A stretch of DNA of 35,913 nt, from assembly GCA_039714275.1 (NCBI GenBank), contig JBDLJO010000003.1, positions 1-35,913 of the forward strand, given 5' to 3'. Positions within the stretch are counted from its first letter, which is position 1, and each line of letters begins with the position of its first letter. Positions 18,432 through 27,031 of the stretch are shown here, piece by piece. This stretch comes from Chloroflexota bacterium. Lineage in GTDB: Bacteria; Chloroflexota; Anaerolineae; Anaerolineales; UBA11858. The notes under the pieces were generated by a model. It saw only the letters and a list, made by a program, of their open reading frames with translations. It did no database searches and was not told where the DNA came from. The position numbers were made by a program, and so were the translations under genes.

Positions 18432-19130
18432 ATGAAACCCGATAAACCTATTGCAGGTTGGGCCTTCAAGAAATCTCATGATGGTTCAATCCGTATAACC
18501 ACCCTAATTTTAATATTAATGATTATGGTTGCGCTCAAGCAGCCAAATTTATTGAACATCGTGCTTTTGATCATTATCTTGGCAATCTGGCTGCTGGTGC
18601 TATATTTTTTCCGAAATCCTGATCGTGCCGTGCTTGATAAACCCGGGCTGATTATTGGACCCTGTGACGGTACTGTCGCTGATATTTCACAAATTAGAGA
18701 AGAGCAGTTTTTGAAGGCTGATACCATTCGCATCGGAATCTTCCTTTCAGTGTTCAATGTGCATGTGCAGCGAGCACCCATTGAAGGAGAAGTTACCCTG
18801 GTACAGCACCAGCCCGGGAAATTTCTTCCGGCGTTCAATCCCAAAGCATCAGAGGAAAATGAATATATAGCTATGCGCATTGCGACCGAGTACGGTACAA
18901 TGCTGGTCAAACAGATTTCTGGGATTCTCGCTAGACGCTGTGTCAATTATGCAAATTTGGGGGATAAATTATTAACCGGGCAGCGCTTTGGGCTGATAAA
19001 ATTTGGCTCGCGCGTTGAATTGTTCCTGCCCCCTGAGGCTGAAATTTTAGTTTCAGTGGGGGATATTGTTGAAGGCGGTCTGACAAAAATTGCCCAAATG
19101 TCAAACCCGCGGAGTAACCATGAAAAATAA
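18432..19130 (+). CDS. psd: Phosphatidylserine decarboxylase proenzyme
   Basis: FFRNPDR, PCDG, IFLSVFNVHVQRAP, GLIKFGSRVE self-cleavage (GS) motif. Confidence 0.93.
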   Translation: MKPDKPIAGWAFKKSHDGSIRITTLILILMIMVALKQPNLLNIVLLIIILAIWLLVLYFFRNPDRAVLDKPGLIIGPCDGTVADISQIREEQFLKADTIRIGIFLSVFNVHVQRAPIEGEVTLVQHQPGKFLPAFNPKASEENEYIAMRIATEYGTMLVKQISGILARRCVNYANLGDKLLTGQRFGLIKFGSRVELFLPPEAEILVSVGDIVEGGLTKIAQMSNPRSNHEK

Positions 19131-19836
19131 AATTCGTTATGTGGTACCCAATTCTATTACTTTTATGTCTTTGGCTTGCGGTTTGGGTTCGATCCTACTT
19201 TCATCGCAGGGACACTTGATCACAGCTGGCATCCTGGTGCTGGTCAGCTATACTTTGGACATTTGGGATGGATTCACGGCTCGCAAGTTGAATGCTCAAA
19301 CTAGTTTTGGTTTACAGCTTGATTCGCTTGTTGATATGGTCAGTCTCGGTATCGCGCCGGCTGTGCTTGTTTTCCATCACCTGATGGCGCGCGGTCTAAG
19401 TATTTACTGGATCCTGCCTTTTGTAATGTTGACTGCGCTGGCAGGCGCTTTTCGCCTGGCTCGTTTTAACTTGCTGCCTCCGAAGACATCTAATCCCAAA
19501 GACTCGGTTGGACTACCCATCACACAATCCGGCGGCACAATGGCCTTGGCTGTACTCTCCGACCTCTCCGTTAAAGGACTGGTTCTCTCCACAGGACTTT
19601 ATATCCCACTTTTGTTGATCCTGAGTGTATTCATGGTCAGCACAATCTCTTTCCCACCAAGCTCTTGGTTTTTCCTCACAAAAGTACGCATCAGCCTTTT
19701 TGTAATTTACCTGATTGTTTTCCTGCTGATCCTGCCCTTCTTTACGACCTGGTTTATTCTTTACCTGGGTTATCTGGCGATTTCCACCAGCCGGGCTTTT
19801 GTTATGAAACTTAACCAAAATCAGCTCAGCGCCTGA
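19120..19836 (+). CDS. pssA: CDP-alcohol phosphatidyltransferase, probably phosphatidylserine synthase
   Basis: PNSIT, DIWDGFTARKLN..TSFGLQLDSLVD motif, RLARFN, GLP; overlaps psd. Start at ATG 19120 after GGAG. Confidence 0.85.
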   Translation: MKNKIRYVVPNSITFMSLACGLGSILLSSQGHLITAGILVLVSYTLDIWDGFTARKLNAQTSFGLQLDSLVDMVSLGIAPAVLVFHHLMARGLSIYWILPFVMLTALAGAFRLARFNLLPPKTSNPKDSVGLPITQSGGTMALAVLSDLSVKGLVLSTGLYIPLLLILSVFMVSTISFPPSSWFFLTKVRISLFVIYLIVFLLILPFFTTWFILYLGYLAISTSRAFVMKLNQNQLSA

Positions 19837-19848
19837 ACAACAACCATC

Positions 19849-20517
19849 ATGACCAAAATTGCAGATAGAATTAATGGGACCGTGCTGTATTGGGTAGCTA
19901 CCCTCGCATATAGAACCGGTCGTTTCCAAATTACGGGGATGGAGAATCTTAAAACTGCGCTTGACAGAGAGAAACCAATGATTACCGCCAGCTGGCACGG
20001 CATGACCATGATGCTGGCTCCCTTCATTCGACGACATCTTGATATTAGATCTTTTATTGTGCTGATGCCTGATGATTGGCGCGGTAATGCGCTAGAGGTA
20101 TTCACCAATCTAATGCGTGGAGAACCCTACCCAATGGACTTGCACGGTGATTCTACCCTTGGCATGGGTCGTAAATTAATCCAGTTGATTCGCAAAATCA
20201 AGCCTGGGAAAAATTTATTGCTCCACCCCGACGGTCCATCCGGGCCAGCTTATATCGTAAAGCCAGGTCTTTCCTTTATTGCCCAGAAAACTGATGCTGC
20301 TATTGTCCCAATAGGGGCTTACTGCCGGCATGCTTATCGCGTACCGCGTTGGGATTTGTATGCGCTTCCCTACCCCTTTAGCAAAATATCCCTACATATC
20401 GGAAAACCGATCATTATCCCCAAAAATACCAAAAATTTAGCAGAAAAGAATCAGGCATTAACCGACATCCTCAACCGTGTCACGGCTCAAGCCACAGCTA
20501 ATTATTACGAAGCATAA
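19849..20517 (+). CDS. Lysophospholipid acyltransferase-like protein (DUF374-like)
   Basis: WHG, PDGPSGP, VKPG...AQKT...IVP, WD...LPYPFSK pattern. Confidence 0.75.
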   Translation: MTKIADRINGTVLYWVATLAYRTGRFQITGMENLKTALDREKPMITASWHGMTMMLAPFIRRHLDIRSFIVLMPDDWRGNALEVFTNLMRGEPYPMDLHGDSTLGMGRKLIQLIRKIKPGKNLLLHPDGPSGPAYIVKPGLSFIAQKTDAAIVPIGAYCRHAYRVPRWDLYALPYPFSKISLHIGKPIIIPKNTKNLAEKNQALTDILNRVTAQATANYYEA

Positions 20518-20526
20518 AAGTTACTT

Positions 20527-21249
20527 ATGATGAAAGTTGGCATTTTGGATGCTTTCCCTCCGGGAAAAAGTGTCGTTAATTGGTATGACACACCTATCGA
20601 CACCTATATTCGCTTTTTAGAGAGTGCCCATGCACCATTTGAATACCAGGGTTACATCGTTTCGCAAGGGGAGTTTCCGGAGTCTGTAGATGCTTGTGAT
20701 GCATATTTAATTACCGGGAGTCCAAAGGGGGTTTACAATAACGATGTTTGGATTGCCAATCTTGAGCGCTTTATCCAGGTAAGTTATCGAGCTGGTAAAA
20801 AATTAGTTGGCATCTGTTTTGGACATCAAATATTAGCCCAAGCTTTAGGAGGGCGCGTAGAGAAATCAGAAAAAGGTTGGGGGCTTGGATTGGATACATT
20901 CAAACTAAGCGCTCACATGCCCTGGATGACCGAAACACCCGATCATTGCGCCCTATATTTCGTACATCAAGATCAGGTCATTGAACTGCCGCCCGGTGCC
21001 GAACTGCTCGGCGGTAACGATTTCTGCCCAAATCTCATTTTTACGATCGACAACCAGGCCTTAGGCATTCAGGGACATCCCGAGTTTGGTTTGGAAATCA
21101 TGGGGGATATTATGCTAGCACGGAAAGATACTGTGGGTGAAGATGTATATCAAAAAGCCTTGGACTCGCTTGATAATGGCAAGCCAGACAATCAGCTTTT
21201 TGCAGAATGGATTGTAAATTTTTTTACTGGCTCCACTATAAGTCATTAA
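20527..21249 (+). CDS. Stand-alone type 1 glutamine amidotransferase / gamma-glutamyl hydrolase-like protein
   Basis: ITGS, GICFGHQ (Cys nucleophile), HQDQV, QGHPEF (His-Glu). Confidence 0.88.
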   Translation: MMKVGILDAFPPGKSVVNWYDTPIDTYIRFLESAHAPFEYQGYIVSQGEFPESVDACDAYLITGSPKGVYNNDVWIANLERFIQVSYRAGKKLVGICFGHQILAQALGGRVEKSEKGWGLGLDTFKLSAHMPWMTETPDHCALYFVHQDQVIELPPGAELLGGNDFCPNLIFTIDNQALGIQGHPEFGLEIMGDIMLARKDTVGEDVYQKALDSLDNGKPDNQLFAEWIVNFFTGSTISH

Positions 21250-21370
21250 AATTCTTTTCAAACCATTCGTTATTAATTCCCATTAAAAGATAAAAATAAT
21301 AAGTGACCTTGAATTGCAGATAATCAAGCTGTTTCTTAAGTAATTGATAATCTTTCAATCCAGCATGTTC

Positions 21371-21421
21371 TTGACAAAATTAATGTTATGTAATATTCTA
21401 GTGCTAGAATATTACATAACA
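21371..21421 (+). promoter_or_regulatory. Promoter and palindromic operator of padR-gyrI-like
   Basis: TTGACA (21371-76), 17 nt spacer, TATTCT; perfect 18-2-18 palindrome at 21384-21421 covering the -10. Confidence 0.8.
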
Positions 21422-21432
21422 AGGGAATACTG

Positions 21433-21966
21433 ATGACCAATGCAAAACTAGCTATTCTAAGCCTGATCGCCGAATCCCCGCGGCATGGTTATGAGATCGA
21501 ACAGATCATTGAAGAACGCGGTATGCGCGAGTGGACAGAGATCGGTTTCTCCTCGATCTACTATATATTAAAACAACTAGAAAAATCATCTTTGATTGAT
21601 AGTCAGCTGCGCCCGGCTGAGGGCCGCGGCCCCGCGCGGCGAGTATATCAAATCACACAAGAAGGGTGGAAAACGCTCGAAGAAACGACTTTGGAAGCTC
21701 TCACTACACCAAAGCAAAGCTTCCCGTCTATCTTATTGGGAATGGCAAATTTGCCTATTTTATCCCAGAAACAATCCCTAGCCGCATTGAGAACCTACCA
21801 AGACGGGCTAATTAAACGTTTGACCCATGTCGCGCTGCAAGCTGAATCACAACACCCGCTGCCAGATCATGTTGAAATGCTTTTTGATTACAGCTTGAGG
21901 ATGCTAGAAGCTGAAAAAGGATGGGTTGAAAATGTGATACAGCATTTAAAGGAGAAACAAAAATGA
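21433..21966 (+). CDS. PadR-family transcriptional regulator
   Basis: ILSLIAESPRHGYEI...SSIYYILKQLEK...GPARRVYQITQEG, plus a C-terminal helical domain. Confidence 0.93.
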   Translation: MTNAKLAILSLIAESPRHGYEIEQIIEERGMREWTEIGFSSIYYILKQLEKSSLIDSQLRPAEGRGPARRVYQITQEGWKTLEETTLEALTTPKQSFPSILLGMANLPILSQKQSLAALRTYQDGLIKRLTHVALQAESQHPLPDHVEMLFDYSLRMLEAEKGWVENVIQHLKEKQK

Positions 21967-22577
21967 CTAAAGTAGATTTCAAGAAATCCATGAAACCGTT
22001 CTTTAATCCCCCCAAGAAATTTACGATCATTGACGTGCCTGAGATGCAGTTCATCATGGTTAACGGTCACGGCGACCCAAACTCAGCCCAGGAATACAAG
22101 GATGCCGTCGAGGGCCTCTACGCGGTAGCATATAAAATGAAATTCATCAGCAAAAAGTCTTTAGAAAAGGATTACGTCGTGCCGCCATTAGAAGGACTCT
22201 GGTGGGCGGAGGATATGAATACTTTCCTGACCCGTGAAAAATCTGCCTGGGATTGGACGATGATGATCATGACCCCAGATTGGATTACAACCAAAATTTT
22301 TAACGACGCAGTCGCAGCAGTTCGCAAGGCAAAGAATCCCGCTGCGCTAGATAAAATCCGGTTGGAAACATTCCATGAAGGATTATCAGTGCAGATCATG
22401 CACATCGGCTCTTATGATGATGAGGGCCCCATCCTGGCAGAGATGCACGATGAATTCTTACCAGAAAACGGATTCCTGGAAAATGGTAAACACCATGAAA
22501 TCTATCTCAGCGACCCACGCCGCGTATCGCCGGAGAAGCTGAAAACTGTGTTAAGACAGCCCGTACGCAAAGGTTAA
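21963..22577 (+). CDS. GyrI-like small-molecule-binding domain protein
   Basis: G.GDPN, PPLEGLWW, WTMMI, HIGSYDDE, HHEIYLSDPRR; 4-nt overlap with padR. Confidence 0.85.
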   Translation: MTKVDFKKSMKPFFNPPKKFTIIDVPEMQFIMVNGHGDPNSAQEYKDAVEGLYAVAYKMKFISKKSLEKDYVVPPLEGLWWAEDMNTFLTREKSAWDWTMMIMTPDWITTKIFNDAVAAVRKAKNPAALDKIRLETFHEGLSVQIMHIGSYDDEGPILAEMHDEFLPENGFLENGKHHEIYLSDPRRVSPEKLKTVLRQPVRKG

Positions 22578-22649
22578 GATTGATACCCGTACAAATTCAG
22601 ATGGTAACTCCATAACCCAAATTTCAAAGAATTAAATTTCTATTCCCGT

Positions 22650-22709
22650 TTGACATATCGACATTTATCTTTTAGTATACAGGCAGTCATATAGAAGGAT
22701 ATCGATATG
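22650..22709 (+). promoter_or_regulatory. ars promoter with two candidate ArsR operator sites
   Basis: TTGACA (22650-55), 17 nt spacer, TAGTAT; CATATCGA-N6-TCTTTTAG (22654) and CATATAGA-N6-TCGATATG (22688). Confidence 0.65.
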
Positions 22710-23012
22710 TCCAAGACATCTGTTAACCCAATTATTTTTGCAAAAGCCCTGGCCGATGAAACCCGTCAGAAAATTATGAGTCTTTGCTGCTGCAAATGGC
22801 TCAGTGTCAGCGAGATCGTTGAAGCAACCCATGTTTCTCAGCCCACTGTTTCGCATCATTTGAGCATTTTACGGGCTGCTAACCTGGTCAATTCGAGGCG
22901 CGATGGAAAGCAAGTATTCTACTCCCTCAATCAAGAGGCGATTGCTGCATCTTGTTGTCAATTGGCTGACGATTTTGCTCCAGAGATCGATCTTATCCTA
23001 AGCTCTCAATAA
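22707..23012 (+). CDS. arsR: ArsR/SmtB-family metalloregulator
   Basis: [11 protein letters not shown]...VSEI....[25 protein letters not shown]; CCC and CC clusters; upstream of acr3. Confidence 0.92.
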   Translation: MSKTSVNPIIFAKALADETRQKIMSLCCCKWLSVSEIVEATHVSQPTVSHHLSILRAANLVNSRRDGKQVFYSLNQEAIAASCCQLADDFAPEIDLILSSQ

Positions 23013-23077
23013 AAGGGGTCTTTTTTTACTCAAACACATCGAAATATATCTATGTGTCCATTCAGGAGAATTGCCAT

Positions 23078-24163
23078 ATGAACCAAACACAAACCAAAAG
23101 CCTGTCTTTTCTTGATCGCTTTCTTACCCTGTGGATTTTTCTGGCAATGGCCGTCGGGGTTGGCTTTGGCTATTTCTTCCCTGCCGCAGTCAGTGGTTTC
23201 AATAAAGCTGTTTCTGTAGGAACCACCAACATTCCAATTGCAGTAGGGTTGATCTTAATGATGTACCCTCCTCTGGCAAAGGTGCGCTATGAAGAACTTG
23301 GAGATGTCTTCCGAGATTGGAAAATTCTTGGCGTCTCTCTTTTACAAAACTGGGTCATTGGTCCGATGCTAATGTTTATATTGGCCATCCTGTTACTAAG
23401 AGATACGCCGAGTTATATGGTCGGCCTGATCTTGATTGGATTGGCACGCTGTATCGCGATGGTGATTGTCTGGAATGACCTGGCAAAAGGGGATACTGAA
23501 TATGCTGCCGGTTTGGTAGCTTTCAACAGTATTTTCCAGGTGCTCTTTTACAGTCTCTATGCTTATGTGTTCATCACTGTGCTGCCAACCTGGTTTGGGA
23601 TGGAAGGATCCCTGGTCGAAATCACCATCGGCGAAATCGCAAAAAGTGTATTCATTTATTTAGGAATCCCATTTATAGCCGGGTTCCTGACCCGCACCGT
23701 TCTGGTACGGATCAAAGGGAAAACATGGTACCACGAGAAATTTGTACCTAAAATCAGCCCCATCACTTTGATCGCATTATTGTTCACGATAATGGTTATG
23801 TTCAGCTTGAAAGGTGACTTGATCGTCGCTATTCCAATGGATGTTGTAAAAATAGCCATACCACTTGTGATCTACTTTGTTTTGATGTTTTTAATCAGCT
23901 TTTGGATGGGGCACAAACTTAATGCCGGTTACAAGAAATCAACAACCCTCTCTTTCACTGCTGCAAGCAATAATTTTGAGTTAGCGATTGCCGTAGCGAT
24001 TGCTGTTTTTGGAATCAATTCTGGAGAAGCATTTGCAGCTGTGATCGGACCGTTGATTGAAGTACCGGTCATGATCGGTTTGGTCAGTGTGGCGTTCTGG
24101 ATTCAACGGAAATATTTTGGGTTGGAAGTGAAAGGGATAGAAATTGATTGCCCGGCAGATTGA
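23078..24163 (+). CDS. acr3: ACR3-family arsenite efflux transporter
   Basis: [57 protein letters not shown]; start at ATG 23078 after AGGAG. Confidence 0.96.
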   Translation: MNQTQTKSLSFLDRFLTLWIFLAMAVGVGFGYFFPAAVSGFNKAVSVGTTNIPIAVGLILMMYPPLAKVRYEELGDVFRDWKILGVSLLQNWVIGPMLMFILAILLLRDTPSYMVGLILIGLARCIAMVIVWNDLAKGDTEYAAGLVAFNSIFQVLFYSLYAYVFITVLPTWFGMEGSLVEITIGEIAKSVFIYLGIPFIAGFLTRTVLVRIKGKTWYHEKFVPKISPITLIALLFTIMVMFSLKGDLIVAIPMDVVKIAIPLVIYFVLMFLISFWMGHKLNAGYKKSTTLSFTAASNNFELAIAVAIAVFGINSGEAFAAVIGPLIEVPVMIGLVSVAFWIQRKYFGLEVKGIEIDCPAD

Positions 24164-24220
24164 TTTTGAAACTGGAAGGTGGTGCACTGGTGTTATTGAA
24201 TTTATGAAGGAGAATTCCAT

Positions 24221-25078
24221 ATGAGCAGCGAGAAAATCTCGTTGGATATCCGCACGGCTGTGCGTGACCGTTATAGCAAAATCGCAGAAACCTTCGAACC
24301 TGGATCACATGCGGAACCCTGCTGCGGCACATCTCCGTGTTGCGGCGATGATAAAGATGCGTCTGTGCAGTTAGTGTCAGTTGAAAAACTATATCTAACC
24401 AAGGACGCAGCCGCCCTGCCTGATGATGTTACTGGACTATCATTAGGGTGCGGTGACCCGATCACGTTGGCAGCATTAAAACCTGGAGAAACTGTACTTG
24501 ACCTCGGTTCCGGCGGGGGCATTGACTGCTTTCTGGCTGGTCAGCAAGTTGGCCCGGAGGGCCGAGTGGTCGGCGTCGATATGACCCCCGCGATGATCAA
24601 AAAAGCGCGCGCTAACAAAGATAAATTAGGGGTGGAAAATGTTGAATTTCGATTGGGTGAGATCGAGCACCTCCCCATCCCTGATGGGTGTATAGATGTT
24701 ATCATTTCAAACTGCGTGATCAATCTCAGTCCAGACAAACCGCAGGTTTTCCATGAGGCCTGGCGCGTGCTGCGCCCCGGCGGCAAGTTGGCAGTCAGCG
24801 ATATGGTCACAGATGGACCACTGCCCGATGCAATTAAATCCAGTATAAGTGCCTGGGCTGGATGTGTTGCTGGGGCGCTGGACATCGGTGATTATCTGTC
24901 GGGAATAGAGGCGGCTGGATTCGTGGATGTTAAAATAGTCCCCGTATATTTGGATCACGAATTCATCGATGAAGCGGTACAGGAGTTGGGAGGAACGATC
25001 AATTTAAGTGGTATGCCGCAAGATACGATTTATAAAGCGGTATTCAGCGCAAAGATCACAGCATATAAACCAGCTTAA
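24221..25078 (+). CDS. arsM: Arsenite S-adenosylmethionine methyltransferase
   Basis: N-terminal CC, SLGCGDP, VLDLGSGGGIDC, ISNCVINL, WAGCVAGA (conserved ArsM cysteines). Confidence 0.93.
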   Translation: MSSEKISLDIRTAVRDRYSKIAETFEPGSHAEPCCGTSPCCGDDKDASVQLVSVEKLYLTKDAAALPDDVTGLSLGCGDPITLAALKPGETVLDLGSGGGIDCFLAGQQVGPEGRVVGVDMTPAMIKKARANKDKLGVENVEFRLGEIEHLPIPDGCIDVIISNCVINLSPDKPQVFHEAWRVLRPGGKLAVSDMVTDGPLPDAIKSSISAWAGCVAGALDIGDYLSGIEAAGFVDVKIVPVYLDHEFIDEAVQELGGTINLSGMPQDTIYKAVFSAKITAYKPA

Positions 25079-25081
25079 GGC

Positions 25082-25124
25082 ACAAAATTCCCCCGTTCTG
25101 TGCGAAGTAACGGGGGAATTTTGT
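25082..25124. terminator. Bidirectional terminator between arsM and the convergent three-gene operon
   Basis: ACAAAATTCCCCCGTT / AACGGGGGAATTTTGT 16-bp perfect inverted repeat. Confidence 0.85.
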
Positions 25125-25152
25125 AACATCTATCTAGGGTTCGCATATTTTC

Positions 25153-25329
25153 CTAAGGCAATTTCTCCACGATAAGTAGAAAATCGACATGAGCATGCAA
25201 GGAGAAAAGCACGGGAGCAACATTGGGCGTAATGGATACCACTTCTCCGCGCAAATTGTTCAAAAATTCTTCAAGCCTGTGTTGATCTTGGGTCATTTTC
25301 AAGGGGAACCGGTGCACTTTGTATTTCAT
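25153..25329 (-). CDS. Small hypothetical protein, 58 aa (not in ORF track)
   Basis: AGGAG RBS, then ATG 25329: MKYKVHRFPLKMTQDQHRLEEFLNNLRGEVVSITPNVAPVLFSLHAHVDFLLIVEKLP*. Co-oriented with the upstream genes and followed by a terminator. Confidence 0.8.
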   Translation of the reverse strand: MKYKVHRFPLKMTQDQHRLEEFLNNLRGEVVSITPNVAPVLFSLHAHVDFLLIVEKLP

Positions 25330-25372
25330 TTTTATCTCCTACTATCTGCTAATGAGAACGATTACAAATCTC

Positions 25373-25975
25373 CTAATCGGAATTTGGTGTTTCTATAACA
25401 TCATATTTCGCTAAGTGCTGAATGATATCCAAGATTTCTGGGGCGAGTTCTTCAGATACATTTGCTTTACGCATAATGGCCGCGATGTGAATTGGATCAG
25501 CATTGGGGAACGGCAAATGATAGAGGAACAAACCTTGCGGTCGTGTCAAACTGATTTTGCGCTCTTTGCGATCTCGCCCTTTTCCAGTCCAAACCGAAAC
25601 ATGGCTGATATATTCACCACCGCGAGCCAGCGAGAAATTTGCTCCAGCATTCGACTTTTCTCGTATTTTTAAGGTCAAATCTTCGGGCATTTGCTCGCCC
25701 TGGATTTGGGTCAAGTCAATATCCATACGGATGTGCTCAACCTTAAGCGTGTAGCGGAAATAGGGGCGTTTTTTCTCGTAGACTTCTTGTTTTTCAAGGA
25801 TATCGAGAGCGGCTAACCCTTCAAGAAAATCTTGAGCAGTGCGGATATGGAGACCCAGGCGGGAAGCGGCTTCGGATGCAGAAATATCTTGATAATTAAC
25901 TAACAAGGTAAAGAAATCCTGTGCATAGTCTTTGGCAATGTAGCTGCCTAATTTCGCGGCTTTCTTGAAATCCAT
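25373..25975 (-). CDS. Hypothetical protein with N-terminal winged HTH and second C-terminal domain
   Basis: DISASEAASRLGLHIRTAQDFLEGLAALDIL..QEVYEKKRPYFRYTL wHTH pattern; GGAGG RBS. Confidence 0.8.
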   Translation of the reverse strand: MDFKKAAKLGSYIAKDYAQDFFTLLVNYQDISASEAASRLGLHIRTAQDFLEGLAALDILEKQEVYEKKRPYFRYTLKVEHIRMDIDLTQIQGEQMPEDLTLKIREKSNAGANFSLARGGEYISHVSVWTGKGRDRKERKISLTRPQGLFLYHLPFPNADPIHIAAIMRKANVSEELAPEILDIIQHLAKYDVIETPNSD

Positions 25976-25984
25976 GTCATCCTC

Positions 25985-26797
25985 CTAAGAAAACGGTCCA
26001 ACACGGACATCGTTCATACGATCGATAATTCGGACGCCCTCACCACGATGATAAGTTTCGATAAAATCAACAAAAAGGTTACCGAGTGAGGCACAAAGCT
26101 GGTCGAAAGAGAGCGCTTCTTTATATTCAAGATAATCACGATGTGAAATATTGACTGTGACATCCCCATCAAAACCGAAAGAAACCCAGGTTTCATCAGT
26201 ATAGTCATTTTTCAAACCCATCATAAATCCAAACTCTCGCCCCATCATAACGGGAACAAAGATAATTTTATCTTTGCCAAGATAGGAGACAGCGATCAAG
26301 TTTCGGCGAGCAAAATCGGAGAATTCCATGATTTGCTGTTTGCTAAATTCTACCTTGCCGCTGGGAAGTGGGCGAGGAGTGTACCCGTTGCCAGTCTCCT
26401 CAACAGGGACAGCGGCTAGTTCGAGGACCTCACGCCCACGCCACTTAAGTTTTTTAGTAGCAAAAATATAGATCAGCCAAACCAGAAAGATCACCAGGAG
26501 TAGTATTACAAACTTCATCATCGCTGGGGGATTGCCGCGATAGGCTGGATCCTCGAAATAAATCACGATACCAGCGAAGAAGAGATAAAGCACCGAGACC
26601 ATGAAATTGATATTCCCAGTCCGGAGCAGCGTAATAAGCATATAAACTGCAAATGCCCAAAAAAAGATCGCCAGAAAGGTGAATGCGGCTTCTTTGCCAA
26701 AGAAAATCCCCAAAAGCGCTGCGGTGATCAACGAGCTTATAGCAGGGATGAGGCCAGTAATCGATCGATCTGGTTTGAGTTTGTGGATGGTGAACAT
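25985..26797 (-). CDS. Hypothetical membrane protein (about 4 N-terminal TM helices plus a soluble C-terminal domain)
   Basis: Four hydrophobic segments in the first ~113 aa followed by KKLKWRGR; AGGAGG RBS. Confidence 0.8.
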   Translation of the reverse strand: MFTIHKLKPDRSITGLIPAISSLITAALLGIFFGKEAAFTFLAIFFWAFAVYMLITLLRTGNINFMVSVLYLFFAGIVIYFEDPAYRGNPPAMMKFVILLLVIFLVWLIYIFATKKLKWRGREVLELAAVPVEETGNGYTPRPLPSGKVEFSKQQIMEFSDFARRNLIAVSYLGKDKIIFVPVMMGREFGFMMGLKNDYTDETWVSFGFDGDVTVNISHRDYLEYKEALSFDQLCASLGNLFVDFIETYHRGEGVRIIDRMNDVRVGPFS

Positions 26798-26846
26798 GGT
26801 AACGCCTCCTACTTGGTGCTATTTCTGTATACTTCAATTTATATAT

Positions 26847-26875
26847 AGTATATAGAACATGAATGCTTTTGTCAA
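26847..26875 (-). promoter_or_regulatory. Sigma70-type promoter of the three-gene operon
   Basis: Minus strand TTGACA (26875-70), 17 nt spacer, TATACT (26852-47). Confidence 0.75.
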
Positions 26876-26954
26876 GAGGGAATTCACTAATTGATAAAGC
26901 AACCATAATTTGATGCAAATCCCCATTTTACGGGATGGTTTTCTGGTTTTATTC

Positions 26955-26983
26955 TTGTGCAACCAATTAATTCGTGCTATAGT
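26955..26983 (+). promoter_or_regulatory. Putative promoter of the Ubl-AOR unit
   Basis: TTGTGC, 17 nt spacer, TATAGT with extended TG. Confidence 0.5.
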
Positions 26984-27031
26984 GTATATGTCACAAAAAA
27001 GGGGACGACTTCAAGGATTCCGATCATCAAT

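Noticed and set aside
25189-25398. 69-aa plus-strand ORF in the track
   Set aside because: Antisense shadow of the 58-aa minus-strand gene, which has the SD, operon context and terminator.
26454-26918. 154-aa minus-strand ORF in another frame of the membrane-protein gene
   Set aside because: Starts upstream of the predicted promoter, overlaps a better-supported gene and has atypical composition.
26955-26997. Rex-like operator (TTGTG...CACAA half-sites) upstream of the AOR unit
   Set aside because: The half-sites are not at the 18-bp Rex spacing; each candidate matches only one half.
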